Sequence record: OQ411014.1
Source: Escherichia phage EJP2
DNA length: 64,000 nt
Direction: 5' to 3' (one strand)
Part shown: positions 7,892 through 16,846 of the stretch, piece by piece
Position numbering within the stretch: position 1 is the first letter of the stretch
How the letters are laid out: every line of letters starts with the position of its first letter
The notes under the pieces: generated by a model
What the model saw: only the letters and a program-made list of their open reading frames with translations
Databases searched by the model: none
Told to the model about the DNA's origin: nothing
Position numbers and translations under genes: made by a program

Positions 7892-9001
7892 ATGAAAAAG
7901 TATTTGGTTGGTGGTTTTGTACGCGATAAGCTACTTGGCTTACGTCCTAAAGACAAAGATTATGTCTTGGTAGGAGCGACCCCGCGTGATATTCAGTACT
8001 TAAAAAGTATTGGATATGAGCAGGTTGGTGCAGACTTCCCTGTGTTCTTGGATAAGGACGGCAATGAGCACGCACTTGCCCGTACTGAACGCAAGGTGTC
8101 TGATGGCTATAATGGCTTTGAAGTGAATACACAAGGTGTAACGCTTCAGGAAGACTTGTATCGTCGTGATTTGACCATCAATGCGATTGCCTTTGACCCA
8201 CAGTTAAAGGTACACGTAGACCCATATGGTGGCAAAGAAGACCTAAAGAACAAAGTACTGCGACATGTATCTGAACATTTTGAAGAAGATCCAGTACGTA
8301 TTCTGCGTATCGCTCGTTTCAGTGCACGTTATTCGGACTTTACAGTACATGAAAGTACTGAATCGTTGATTCGCCGTATGATCAATCGTGGCGATATTTC
8401 TGAATTGACTAAAGAGCGAGTGTACGTAGAATTCGAGAAAGCATTCTCCGAAGAAGAGCCAGTTATCTTCCTGGAGAAGCTATCCAAATGGGGAGCCATG
8501 AGTAAGTTGATTCCTGGTAATCCTGAAAGTACTTACAAGACTATTGAATACATTAGTTCCAATTGTACTTTAGCGTATAAGGATTTTTACTTGTGGGCTG
8601 AACTAATTGGTTCTAATGAAGTACAAAAAGATGGAGTCTTTGGTCAGGTCAAGCTACCATCGCGTTACTCTAAGTTCAGTGCGTATGTATGCAAGCACGC
8701 GGATAGTATCAAGAATTTCCGTAAGAGCACCCCAGAAGAAATGGTAAATATTCTTACTGAGATGAGCGTAAAGAACAACGGTGGTGAAGAGTACTTGTAC
8801 AAAGTACTGGAATACTTTATCCTACGTAAAGAGATTGATTTGGACTTAGAAGATTTGATTATTCGAGTTTATGATCGCTTTGAGAATACGGTCATTGGTA
8901 ATATTGATCAGATGCTTAAAGATGGAACTATCACTTCACGTGAAATTCCTTCTTTTGTGAAAGAGAAGCGAATCGCTGAGGTGGAAAAAATCTTCAAATA
9001 A
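7892..9001 (+). CDS. cca: CCA-adding tRNA nucleotidyltransferase (class II head domain, no HD domain)
   Basis: N-terminal LVGGFVRDKLLG...DKDYVLVGATP...GADFPVFL...ALARTERK...RRDLTINAIA closely matches bacterial CCA-adding enzymes. At 369 aa it lacks the C-terminal HD domain. Confidence 0.9.
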   Translation: MKKYLVGGFVRDKLLGLRPKDKDYVLVGATPRDIQYLKSIGYEQVGADFPVFLDKDGNEHALARTERKVSDGYNGFEVNTQGVTLQEDLYRRDLTINAIAFDPQLKVHVDPYGGKEDLKNKVLRHVSEHFEEDPVRILRIARFSARYSDFTVHESTESLIRRMINRGDISELTKERVYVEFEKAFSEEEPVIFLEKLSKWGAMSKLIPGNPESTYKTIEYISSNCTLAYKDFYLWAELIGSNEVQKDGVFGQVKLPSRYSKFSAYVCKHADSIKNFRKSTPEEMVNILTEMSVKNNGGEEYLYKVLEYFILRKEIDLDLEDLIIRVYDRFENTVIGNIDQMLKDGTITSREIPSFVKEKRIAEVEKIFK

Positions 9002-9002
9002 A

Positions 9003-9032
9003 TTGAGATATTTTCGAAAAAAGTGATATATT
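9003..9032 (+). promoter_or_regulatory. early promoter (TTGAGA -35, TGn TATATT)
   Basis: TTGAGA 9003-9008, TG 9024-9025, TATATT 9027-9032. Confidence 0.45.
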
Positions 9033-9064
9033 ATAAGTATCTGAGATATGTAAGAGATAAAAAT

Positions 9065-9742
9065 ATGCGATATACATGCGGGATAATATTTTATCGAAAC
9101 GGTCAGATACTTGTAGGTCACACGACTGGTCAGAGTCATTGGGATTTACCGAAAGGTAAGACTGAAGGTTCTGAGACATTCAAGGAAGCGGCAGTTCGTG
9201 AATGCTATGAAGAAACTGGATACAGTATTGATGAACGAGATTTACTGTACTTAGGTGATGTATCATACAGAAAGGGAAAGCGTTTAGTACTGTTCTTTTA
9301 CACAGCCAAGACGAAACCAATTGCTGAAGAGTTGCAATGTATCAGTACTTACACGAATAAGTACGGTATTGTACGTCCAGAGTTGGACAAATTCAAGTAC
9401 ATAGACATTGAGGACTGTGAACTCTACTTGACTGAACGGATGTGTGATAGTATAATCAAAGCTATTACACAATTTGATAAAAAGACAAATAAAAAGGAAG
9501 ATAATATGAAAGTTGTAATTTATGGTCGTAAAGCTGGTTGTAAGTGGTGTACTACTGCTAAAGAAGTTTGTGAAACTAACTCAATTGATTTTGATTTCAT
9601 TGATTTAGATGAAGCTGGTATTGATGGTGCTAAACTCGCTGAAATTTGTGGCACTCCAGTACGTACTGTTCCACAAATTTTCGTTGACGATCAACACATT
9701 GGTGGTTGTACTGAGTTTATTTCGCACCTATCCAAAATGTAA
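9065..9742 (+). CDS. Nudix hydrolase joined in-frame to a glutaredoxin-like domain
   Basis: Complete Nudix box GKTEGSETFKEAAVRECYEETGY. C-terminal 78 aa is glutaredoxin/NrdH-like (CKWC, TVPQIFVDDQHIGG) and has its own internal ATG at 9506 with an AAGGAAG RBS, but no stop separates the two domains. Confidence 0.7.
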   Translation: MRYTCGIIFYRNGQILVGHTTGQSHWDLPKGKTEGSETFKEAAVRECYEETGYSIDERDLLYLGDVSYRKGKRLVLFFYTAKTKPIAEELQCISTYTNKYGIVRPELDKFKYIDIEDCELYLTERMCDSIIKAITQFDKKTNKKEDNMKVVIYGRKAGCKWCTTAKEVCETNSIDFDFIDLDEAGIDGAKLAEICGTPVRTVPQIFVDDQHIGGCTEFISHLSKM

Positions 9743-9750
9743 GGTTTCAA

Positions 9751-10002
9751 ATGTCAAGTCTTCAAGAATTCCATAACAAAAGTTCTGCACAAGCCCAGCG
9801 ACTTGCTAAACATTTTGGTGTAGAACTCAAGATGCCGGATTTAGCAGAAATAGAAGCGAAAGCAAAGCATCGCATCATGTTGATGGAGAAGTATCATGAG
9901 CAGAAAGATATGTACGATGCAGCGATTCATAAACTGCTTGACATTGTACCTGCTGATGTATTACAATCTATCATATCGAAACTGCTAAATTCTTCGAAAT
10001 AA
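9751..10002 (+). CDS. hypothetical protein
   Basis: 83-aa ORF. No recognisable motifs. Confidence 0.5.
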   Translation: MSSLQEFHNKSSAQAQRLAKHFGVELKMPDLAEIEAKAKHRIMLMEKYHEQKDMYDAAIHKLLDIVPADVLQSIISKLLNSSK

Positions 10003-10053
10003 ATAACAATGAAGGGTAACAAATCCTTCGTTATGAAATTTGGGAGAAATACT

Positions 10054-10299
10054 ATGACTAGTTTCCGTGAACAATTGGCTCAAGGTAAATTCGAGAGCAA
10101 AACATCCAGTACTAACATTCCTAAGAAAAGTGCTTTTCTGGGAACAATTACTGAAGATGGTTATTGTGATTACAACGTGCCAGAAGACTCTTGGTATGTT
10201 AGTAAGGACATGAAACGCAGTATTCGCTTACACCAAAGTACGGTTGCGAGAAAACAACGTAAGGAACTTCGTCGTTTATTGACGGGTTCTGAAGACTAA
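10054..10299 (+). CDS. hypothetical protein
   Basis: ATG at 10054 with GGGAGA RBS; the ORF track starts earlier at 10009. Followed by the terminator at 10307-10336. Confidence 0.45.
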   Translation: MTSFREQLAQGKFESKTSSTNIPKKSAFLGTITEDGYCDYNVPEDSWYVSKDMKRSIRLHQSTVARKQRKELRRLLTGSED

Positions 10300-10306
10300 T
10301 AATTTA

Positions 10307-10336
10307 AAAGGACTCCTAAATCAAGAGTCCTTTTTT
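10307..10336 (+). terminator. rho-independent terminator
   Basis: GGACTC ... GAGTCC stem followed by TTTTTT. Confidence 0.55.
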
Positions 10337-10350
10337 CATCGAGATAAAAT

Positions 10351-10851
10351 ATGAATAACATCACACATCACGTAGGAAATCTTTTCAACTTATATAAAGA
10401 AGTAGGTGAAGAGAATAACAGTACTGATAGTGAAGTAATGAACGTTATTATTCATGGTTGTAACGCACAAGGTCGTATGGGTTCTGGTTTTGCTAAAGAA
10501 TTACGTGCACGTTTTCCTGGTGCTTATAACGAATATAAAAAACAGTACGAAAGTACTGGACTTCAGTTAGGAAAGAACGTATACTACTTACCACATGATG
10601 AAAACACCCTTATCGTAAATGCTATCACTCAAGAGTATTACGGATATGATGGTAAGAAGTACGTTAGTTATGACGCAATTGATGATTGTATGATTGAACT
10701 AAATACTCTACTTTCTGGAATGGATGGAAATATCCAAATTCACTTCCCAAAAATCGGAGCCGATTTAGGTGGTGGTAATTGGGAAGTAATCAAAAGTATC
10801 ATTGAAACACGGGTAATCTTTGGTACTAAGCATCTATATACCCTAGTATAA
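10351..10851 (+). CDS. macro domain protein, TARG1/OARD1-like ADP-ribosyl hydrolase
   Basis: HGCNAQGRMGSGFAKELRARFPG and PKIGADLGGGNWEVIKSIIE match the RMGAGIA and RIGCGLDRLQWENV segments of TARG1-type macro domains. Confidence 0.7.
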   Translation: MNNITHHVGNLFNLYKEVGEENNSTDSEVMNVIIHGCNAQGRMGSGFAKELRARFPGAYNEYKKQYESTGLQLGKNVYYLPHDENTLIVNAITQEYYGYDGKKYVSYDAIDDCMIELNTLLSGMDGNIQIHFPKIGADLGGGNWEVIKSIIETRVIFGTKHLYTLV

Positions 10852-10882
10852 TTTTATCAATAACTTCAAAGGAATGAACAAC

Positions 10883-11215
10883 ATGGCTACTGAAAAAGCA
10901 CAAATCGTCGTAAAACTACTACACATTGCAGGTCAAGGTCCAGTACTAGCAGTACTACAAGGTGAAACCAACGATTCCCTAATCACCATGCATCCAGCAC
11001 AACTTGGTCAAGATGAGAATGGCGATATTCAAATCCTATCCTATCTTGGTGGTCTAGTTGCTGAAGATGCACCAGTAGTATTCATGAAGTCTAACATTGT
11101 TGCGGTATGTGAAGTTGAACCGACTCTAGGTAAAGAATACGTTTCTGCTGTAGAAGCATTGACAAAATCCTCTGTTGGTGTTATTATGCCTCCAGAAAAG
11201 AAAATCATTCTATAA
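10883..11215 (+). CDS. hypothetical protein
   Basis: ATG at 10883 with AAGGA RBS. No recognisable motifs. Confidence 0.5.
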   Translation: MATEKAQIVVKLLHIAGQGPVLAVLQGETNDSLITMHPAQLGQDENGDIQILSYLGGLVAEDAPVVFMKSNIVAVCEVEPTLGKEYVSAVEALTKSSVGVIMPPEKKIIL

Positions 11216-11234
11216 GACAAAATAAGGTACTAAT

Positions 11235-11621
11235 ATGATCCGTAAAGAAGACACCAAACCAGTTGTAACTTTCCAAGCAATCGTAGTACTGAAAGGTACT
11301 GCACCAGAAGTCATTGCAGCAGAGTTAGTAATGGCAGGGATGACTACTCTACATCAGTACAATCCAAAGTCCAATTCATTTGTAGGTAATTATGAAGCGG
11401 GTGAATTCACTAAACATTGGGATTCATGGGTAAAAGACAATGACTTGCGTCAAGCTGTGTACTTTGCGGATAATATTGACCAGCTAAACGAAGTATCGTA
11501 TTTGGCAGAACTAGAAAGCGTTCCAATGAACGCATTCGATGAAGATAGTAGTGTTCTAGTACTGGGACCGTTCAGTGGAGAACGTATTGACTATCTGACC
11601 ACGAACTTCACTAAAGCATAA
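11235..11621 (+). CDS. hypothetical protein
   Basis: 128-aa ORF. No recognisable motifs. Confidence 0.55.
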   Translation: MIRKEDTKPVVTFQAIVVLKGTAPEVIAAELVMAGMTTLHQYNPKSNSFVGNYEAGEFTKHWDSWVKDNDLRQAVYFADNIDQLNEVSYLAELESVPMNAFDEDSSVLVLGPFSGERIDYLTTNFTKA

Positions 11622-11682
11622 TAAAATAAAAAAGCATCTCTAAATACAGTAACAGTAAACGTTACTTATGAAGAGGTGCTTT

Positions 11683-12468
11683 ATGGCATATGATTATCAG
11701 GGCAACCCAGAAGCCCCAAATTACGACCACAGAGAAAAATTAAAAGATGTAATTACTACACGTCTAGGAGCTGGGGCAGTAGAAGTAGAAATTACTGATG
11801 ACCAGTTAGAGTTAGCTATTGACATGGCAGTAGAGAACTACAGAGCGTGGTCAGGCAATTCCAAAGAAGAATCATTCTTGCATATGAAACTATTCCCATC
11901 TGAATCAGTCTATGTGTTACCAACAGAAGTTGAAATCGTTCGCAGAATTTACCGCAGGGGTAATGGTGTAGTATCAGGAAACAGTAGTACTGTTGACCCA
12001 TTTAGTCTTGCTTATAGCAATACTTATCTATTATCGGCAGTTCGTGGTAGTACTGGTGGTGGTCTATTAACTTATGACTTGTATCACCAATTTGATGAAA
12101 CTGTAGCACGTCTATTCGGTCGTGAGATTATATTCCAATGGAACCCAGTTAACAAAAAACTAATTATTGATCGTGACATTCGTGGTGAAGAAGATGTACT
12201 ATTACATGTGTACCAAAACGTACCAGAGCCAATGCTATTCAAACAGCAAATGACTTATCCTTGGTTGCGTGATTGGGCTATGTCTGAAGCGATGCTAATG
12301 TTAGGTCGTAACCGTTCTAAATTTGCTACCCTTCCAGGGCCACAAGGTACATTCAGTATGGATGGTAATGAACTTCGCCAGGAAGCAATGGCAATGCAAG
12401 AGAAATTAGAGCAACAAATCCGTAATTACAGAGATGGTTCAATGCCATTATCTTTCATTATTGGATAA
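11683..12468 (+). CDS. hypothetical protein, possibly virion (neck/tail) associated
   Basis: ATG at 11683 with GAGGTG RBS. Sits just upstream of the dNMP kinase and tail sheath genes. Function not recognised. Confidence 0.5.
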   Translation: MAYDYQGNPEAPNYDHREKLKDVITTRLGAGAVEVEITDDQLELAIDMAVENYRAWSGNSKEESFLHMKLFPSESVYVLPTEVEIVRRIYRRGNGVVSGNSSTVDPFSLAYSNTYLLSAVRGSTGGGLLTYDLYHQFDETVARLFGREIIFQWNPVNKKLIIDRDIRGEEDVLLHVYQNVPEPMLFKQQMTYPWLRDWAMSEAMLMLGRNRSKFATLPGPQGTFSMDGNELRQEAMAMQEKLEQQIRNYRDGSMPLSFIIG

Positions 12469-12504
12469 AGTACTTTTACAGTACTGAAGTTTCAATACAA
12501 TACT

Positions 12505-12540
12505 AGAGATGCACTATAATGGTGTCATCTCTTTTCTTTT
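12505..12540 (+). terminator. rho-independent terminator
   Basis: AGAGATG ... CATCTCT stem followed by a T-rich run. Confidence 0.45.
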
Positions 12541-12557
12541 ATATAAAGGAGTTATAT

Positions 12558-13202
12558 ATGGCACGGAAGATTGTAGCTATCAATGGGACAATTGGTTCAG
12601 GTAAGGACACATTTAGTGAAGAGTTTATTCAAGCTGGGTGGCATCGAATGTCATTTGCTTCTACACTAAAGGATGCTGTAGCAGTTATCTTTGGTTGGGA
12701 TCGTGAAATGTTAGAAGGTAATACTAAGGAAGCCCGTGTAATTCGTGAAACACGCGATGAGTACTGGAGTGTAAAACTCGGTCGTGAAGTTACTCCACGC
12801 TGGGTACTTCAAAACTTCGGTACTGATGTTGTTCGTACTCATTTTCATGATAATACGTGGGTATTTTCATTAGAAAACCAGATGCGTAAAATTGAAGGTA
12901 ATATTATTATTACTGACTGTCGTTTCCCGAATGAAATTCAGATGCTTCAAGAGAACGATGCAGTACTAATTGAAGTTCAACGTAACACTCCAGAATGGTA
13001 TGGTAAAGCATATGCATACAATTCAATTATAGATTCTGGTGCTTCTGCTGAAATACCTTCAGTACTGCAAGATATTCATCGTTCTGAATGGGCGTGGATT
13101 GGTCGTAATAAGAACAGAATTTTAGTAGAGAATAGTGGTACAATTGAAGAGCTACATAAGCAAGCTAGTTGGATTCGTCACGGTATAGAGGACTCTAAGT
13201 AG
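12558..13202 (+). CDS. deoxynucleoside monophosphate kinase (T4 gp1-like)
   Basis: Walker A GTIGSGKDT and FGTDVVRTHFHDNTWV, IITDCRFPNE blocks colinear with T4 Dnmk. ATG at 12558 with AAGGAG RBS. Confidence 0.8.
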   Translation: MARKIVAINGTIGSGKDTFSEEFIQAGWHRMSFASTLKDAVAVIFGWDREMLEGNTKEARVIRETRDEYWSVKLGREVTPRWVLQNFGTDVVRTHFHDNTWVFSLENQMRKIEGNIIITDCRFPNEIQMLQENDAVLIEVQRNTPEWYGKAYAYNSIIDSGASAEIPSVLQDIHRSEWAWIGRNKNRILVENSGTIEELHKQASWIRHGIEDSK

Positions 13203-13285
13203 TCCCTTTCAGTACATTAGATTTAATCCTCCAATAAATAACATTATACGAATATTCTATAATACCAATTTTTTGGAGGATTAAA

Positions 13286-15931
13286 ATGGCTGATCTATTA
13301 TCACCAGGTGTAAGTGTAACAGTCACTGATGAGTCAATGAGCGGTGCTTCTGCTCCAGGGACTGTCCCACTTATCATCATTGCAACTGCACAAGACAAAT
13401 TGGTTCCAGGCAGCACATCTGTTGCACCAGGGACTCTCAAAGCGAACGCTGGTAAACTACAGCTACTAACTTCACAAAAAAATGCCCTTGACGTATTCGG
13501 GACACCTATTTTTCAGAAACATTTAGGTTCAGTAGTTCAAGGCGACGAATTAAACGAATACGGCTTACATGCTGCTTATTCATATTTGGGAATTGCAAAC
13601 CGTGCTTATGTAGTACGTGCTGACATCGACCTAGCACAGCTAGCACCAACTGGTACTGCACCAACTGGCCCTGTTACCAACGGTAAACTATGGTTAGATA
13701 CTACTGCAAGTCAAGTTGAAGCATATGTTGCTAAGAAAGATGACCCACAATCATTCTACGACTGGCAACTAAAACCAGTACGCATCGTTAGTGCGGCTGA
13801 TATTGCTGATGTTGATACTATTGGTCTAAACGTTGATGACCTAGTACTACGTTACAACCCAGCGAATGGTCAACTACTAATGTACAAATTTTCTGCTGCT
13901 GGTCTAGTTCAAGTTGAAACTTACCTATCACCAATCAACAAAGTACCATCAGGTATTGAATACAATGAAGGTGATATTTGGATTCGTGATGGTTTCACTA
14001 AATCTGGTTCTAACTACTTCGGTACTCGTTTTGTTATTAAACGTTATGCTTCTCTAACTCGCGTATGGCAGAATGTTGATACCTTTACTGGTACAAGTTT
14101 CTATGAAATTGAATCTAAAACTGGTGTAATGTCGTCTTCTTACATCACTGCACTATTCGATTATGATAGTAATAGTTTCTCCTTCTATATGCAACGTGCT
14201 TCATTACCTACCGTTACCGCTGGTGCAGTTCCAGTTGGTCAATCTTCGGTAAACACTGCTGCTGTTGATGGTTTCTTAACTGTTAATTATCTAAATAAAT
14301 CCGTTAAAGTACTAGCAGTACTACAAGGTCAACTAATTAATGCTGCTGTTATCATTGAAAATTTGAATAAGAGTTCAGTACTAATTAACGCAGGTTTCAC
14401 ATTCACTGGAACACAAGATGTTGTCATTACTAACCGTAATGGATATAGTTTTAAAGTGAGTCAATCAGACGAAGTGATTTTTAGCCAACAAGAACTCAAG
14501 AAACTAACTCAAGATAGCAGTAACTATGCACTAGTTAACGTTAACAACCTAGTAACTTCAGCAACCGAACCACGTGCTGTTGCACCAGAAGGTACTTACT
14601 GGTATGACTTTAGTAACTCTGACAATCTTGAAGTAACTCTTTATACTGCTAATACCAGTACTGAAGATTGGGATCTAGTAATTGCTAGTGACAAGTACAT
14701 CCAAGTTGATGAACCTGCTGCTGACCGTTCTTTCTGGGTTCTACCACTATCTCAAGGTATTGATGGTTATGAGTTCTATCGTAACGTAAATGGTGAGTGG
14801 ATTAAACTAGATCCAGCAGACCAAAGTACTCTAAACGGTATGATTTACGAAGACTTCAATGACGAAGTACCAAGTGCTAACCTATACCAAAACGGTATGC
14901 TTGCAATTGACCTAGGCAATACTGAAGGTGTTGTTAAACAAATGGTTAATGGTAAGTGGGTAGTAGTAAGTGGTGTTGCTATTGATGGTTCTGGTCTATT
15001 TGGTCGTCATGCACAACGTCAAATGATTGTTGAAGCTATGGCATCTGTTATCGTTAGCAACGAAGCGATTCGTTCTGAGACTGTCGATTTCAACCTAGCG
15101 GTTGCTCCTGGTTATGTTGAACTACTAGATGAACTAGTAACTCTAAACACTGACCGTAAAGAAACATCTTTCTTGATTACTGATGTTCCAGCACGTTTGA
15201 AACCTTCCAGTACTGACGTACAAGAATGGGCTACTAACGCTAACAACGCTCCAAGTAACGGTGATATCGGTCGTGTAACTGCATACGATTACGCTGCACA
15301 ATACATGGGTTGGTGCTTAGGTACTAACGTTGATGGTGAAGAAGTTGCTATTCCTGGTTCTTCTGTTGCACTACGTACCTATGCGTACAGTGACAGTGTT
15401 TCTTATGTATGGTATCCACCAGCAGGTACTGCACGTGGTGTTGTTTCCAACGCTGCTTCAGTAGGCTTCATCAATGATGAAGGCGAATATGAGCCAGTAG
15501 TTTACAACCAAGGCCAACGTGATATCATGTATATCAACAAGATTAACCCGATTGCAATGCGTCCAAACCGTGGTCTACTAGTTTATGGTGATAAGACACT
15601 AACTGCGAACGAAACTTCAGCACTAGCGAACGTAAACGTAGCACGTCTAATCGTATACATTCGTCGTCAACTAGACATTCTTGCTGAACCATTCCTATTC
15701 CGTCTAAACACCCCAAGTACTCGTCAGGAGTTCGCTGGTGTAGTGAACAGCTTCCTAGCAGAAATCGTTCAACTAAATGGCCTATACGACTTTACTGTTG
15801 TGTGTGATGAATCAAACAACACCCCAACTCGTATTGACCGTACTGAACTATGGATGGATATTGCGATTCAACCAACTCGTACAATTAACTACATTTATGT
15901 ACCAATTCGTATCGAGAAAACTCAAGCATAA
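13286..15931 (+). CDS. tail sheath protein (T4 gp18-like, 881 aa)
   Basis: N-terminus MADLLSPGVSV and C-terminus VVCDESNNTPTRIDRTELWMDIAIQPTRTINYIYVPI match contractile sheath termini. GGAGG RBS and downstream terminator. Confidence 0.92.
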   Translation: MADLLSPGVSVTVTDESMSGASAPGTVPLIIIATAQDKLVPGSTSVAPGTLKANAGKLQLLTSQKNALDVFGTPIFQKHLGSVVQGDELNEYGLHAAYSYLGIANRAYVVRADIDLAQLAPTGTAPTGPVTNGKLWLDTTASQVEAYVAKKDDPQSFYDWQLKPVRIVSAADIADVDTIGLNVDDLVLRYNPANGQLLMYKFSAAGLVQVETYLSPINKVPSGIEYNEGDIWIRDGFTKSGSNYFGTRFVIKRYASLTRVWQNVDTFTGTSFYEIESKTGVMSSSYITALFDYDSNSFSFYMQRASLPTVTAGAVPVGQSSVNTAAVDGFLTVNYLNKSVKVLAVLQGQLINAAVIIENLNKSSVLINAGFTFTGTQDVVITNRNGYSFKVSQSDEVIFSQQELKKLTQDSSNYALVNVNNLVTSATEPRAVAPEGTYWYDFSNSDNLEVTLYTANTSTEDWDLVIASDKYIQVDEPAADRSFWVLPLSQGIDGYEFYRNVNGEWIKLDPADQSTLNGMIYEDFNDEVPSANLYQNGMLAIDLGNTEGVVKQMVNGKWVVVSGVAIDGSGLFGRHAQRQMIVEAMASVIVSNEAIRSETVDFNLAVAPGYVELLDELVTLNTDRKETSFLITDVPARLKPSSTDVQEWATNANNAPSNGDIGRVTAYDYAAQYMGWCLGTNVDGEEVAIPGSSVALRTYAYSDSVSYVWYPPAGTARGVVSNAASVGFINDEGEYEPVVYNQGQRDIMYINKINPIAMRPNRGLLVYGDKTLTANETSALANVNVARLIVYIRRQLDILAEPFLFRLNTPSTRQEFAGVVNSFLAEIVQLNGLYDFTVVCDESNNTPTRIDRTELWMDIAIQPTRTINYIYVPIRIEKTQA

Positions 15932-15945
15932 TTTGTGAAATAATA

Positions 15946-15975
15946 AAGGGAACCTTATGGTTCCCTTTTTCTTTT
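15946..15975 (+). terminator. rho-independent terminator after tail sheath gene
   Basis: GGGAACC-TTAT-GGTTCCC followed by TTTTTCTTTT. Confidence 0.6.
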
Positions 15976-16051
15976 CTAGTAACTACATTATGTGATAATT
16001 TTCTGATAAATATATTAAAGATAATTTTCCTTGTGAATTGGAGATCAATAC

Positions 16052-16741
16052 ATGGCAAATATGATAGATAAATATGGAGTCCCACTTCCTGGTGGTGGTC
16101 GCATTTCCATGAAGCAACCTAAAGCGAAATATAAGTTTCGTGTTATCTTCTTTGGCTTTGGTGTCGGGGATGATGGCAACTACATTACTGTAGATACAAA
16201 TACTGTTGGTGCAGTTCATGTGGAACACGAAGATGTAACCGTACATAGCTATAACAGTTCTGCACACTATAAAGGTAAGTACACTTGGAGTCCAATCGAA
16301 GTTGCTTTTCGTGATAGCGTTGGTAACATGAGTGCGAAAGCAGTTTACAACCAAATGCGTAAAGAATTTAACTACTACACCCAAGAATCCCGTATGACTG
16401 ACTCACAGTTCAAGTTCGAAATGTGGATTCAAGAGCTAGACGGTTCTAACAGTGAATCCACTACCAACCTATTCGAAGGTACTCTAAGTACTTGGGTATG
16501 TCAGGGTTGCTTTATTTCTGACTCTAACTTCGGTGAATGGGATTACTCCAGCAGTGATGCACAAGTAATCACCATGACTGTACGACCAGATGGTTGTGCA
16601 AAACTAGGTCCAGAAGGTCAACCATTCGGTGATGAAGTTTCCGGTAACGGTACTCCAGAAAACGCTACTAGTATTAGTGGTGCACAAACTGCAATTTCAA
16701 GTACTTCTATTACTGATAGTAACTTCTACAACGAACAATAA
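16052..16741 (+). CDS. tail tube protein
   Basis: Immediately downstream of the sheath gene. Paralogous to the next gene (MANMIDKYGVPLP...KAKYKFRV). Confidence 0.65.
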   Translation: MANMIDKYGVPLPGGGRISMKQPKAKYKFRVIFFGFGVGDDGNYITVDTNTVGAVHVEHEDVTVHSYNSSAHYKGKYTWSPIEVAFRDSVGNMSAKAVYNQMRKEFNYYTQESRMTDSQFKFEMWIQELDGSNSESTTNLFEGTLSTWVCQGCFISDSNFGEWDYSSSDAQVITMTVRPDGCAKLGPEGQPFGDEVSGNGTPENATSISGAQTAISSTSITDSNFYNEQ

Positions 16742-16767
16742 TAATAAAAGTACTTTTCAGTACTACA

Positions 16768-16801
16768 AAAGCCTTGGAAAAACATTCCGAGGCTTTTTTT
16801 A
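16768..16801 (+). terminator. rho-independent terminator after tail tube gene
   Basis: GCCTTGG ... CCGAGGC stem followed by TTTTTTT. Confidence 0.55.
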
Positions 16802-16846
16802 TGCTAAATAAATGATAATATGTTTTTTACAGATAGAGGTTACTTT

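Noticed and set aside
16629-16811. 60-aa ORF spanning the tail tube gene end and terminator
   Set aside because: It overlaps the tube gene 3' end and the terminator hairpin and has no RBS.
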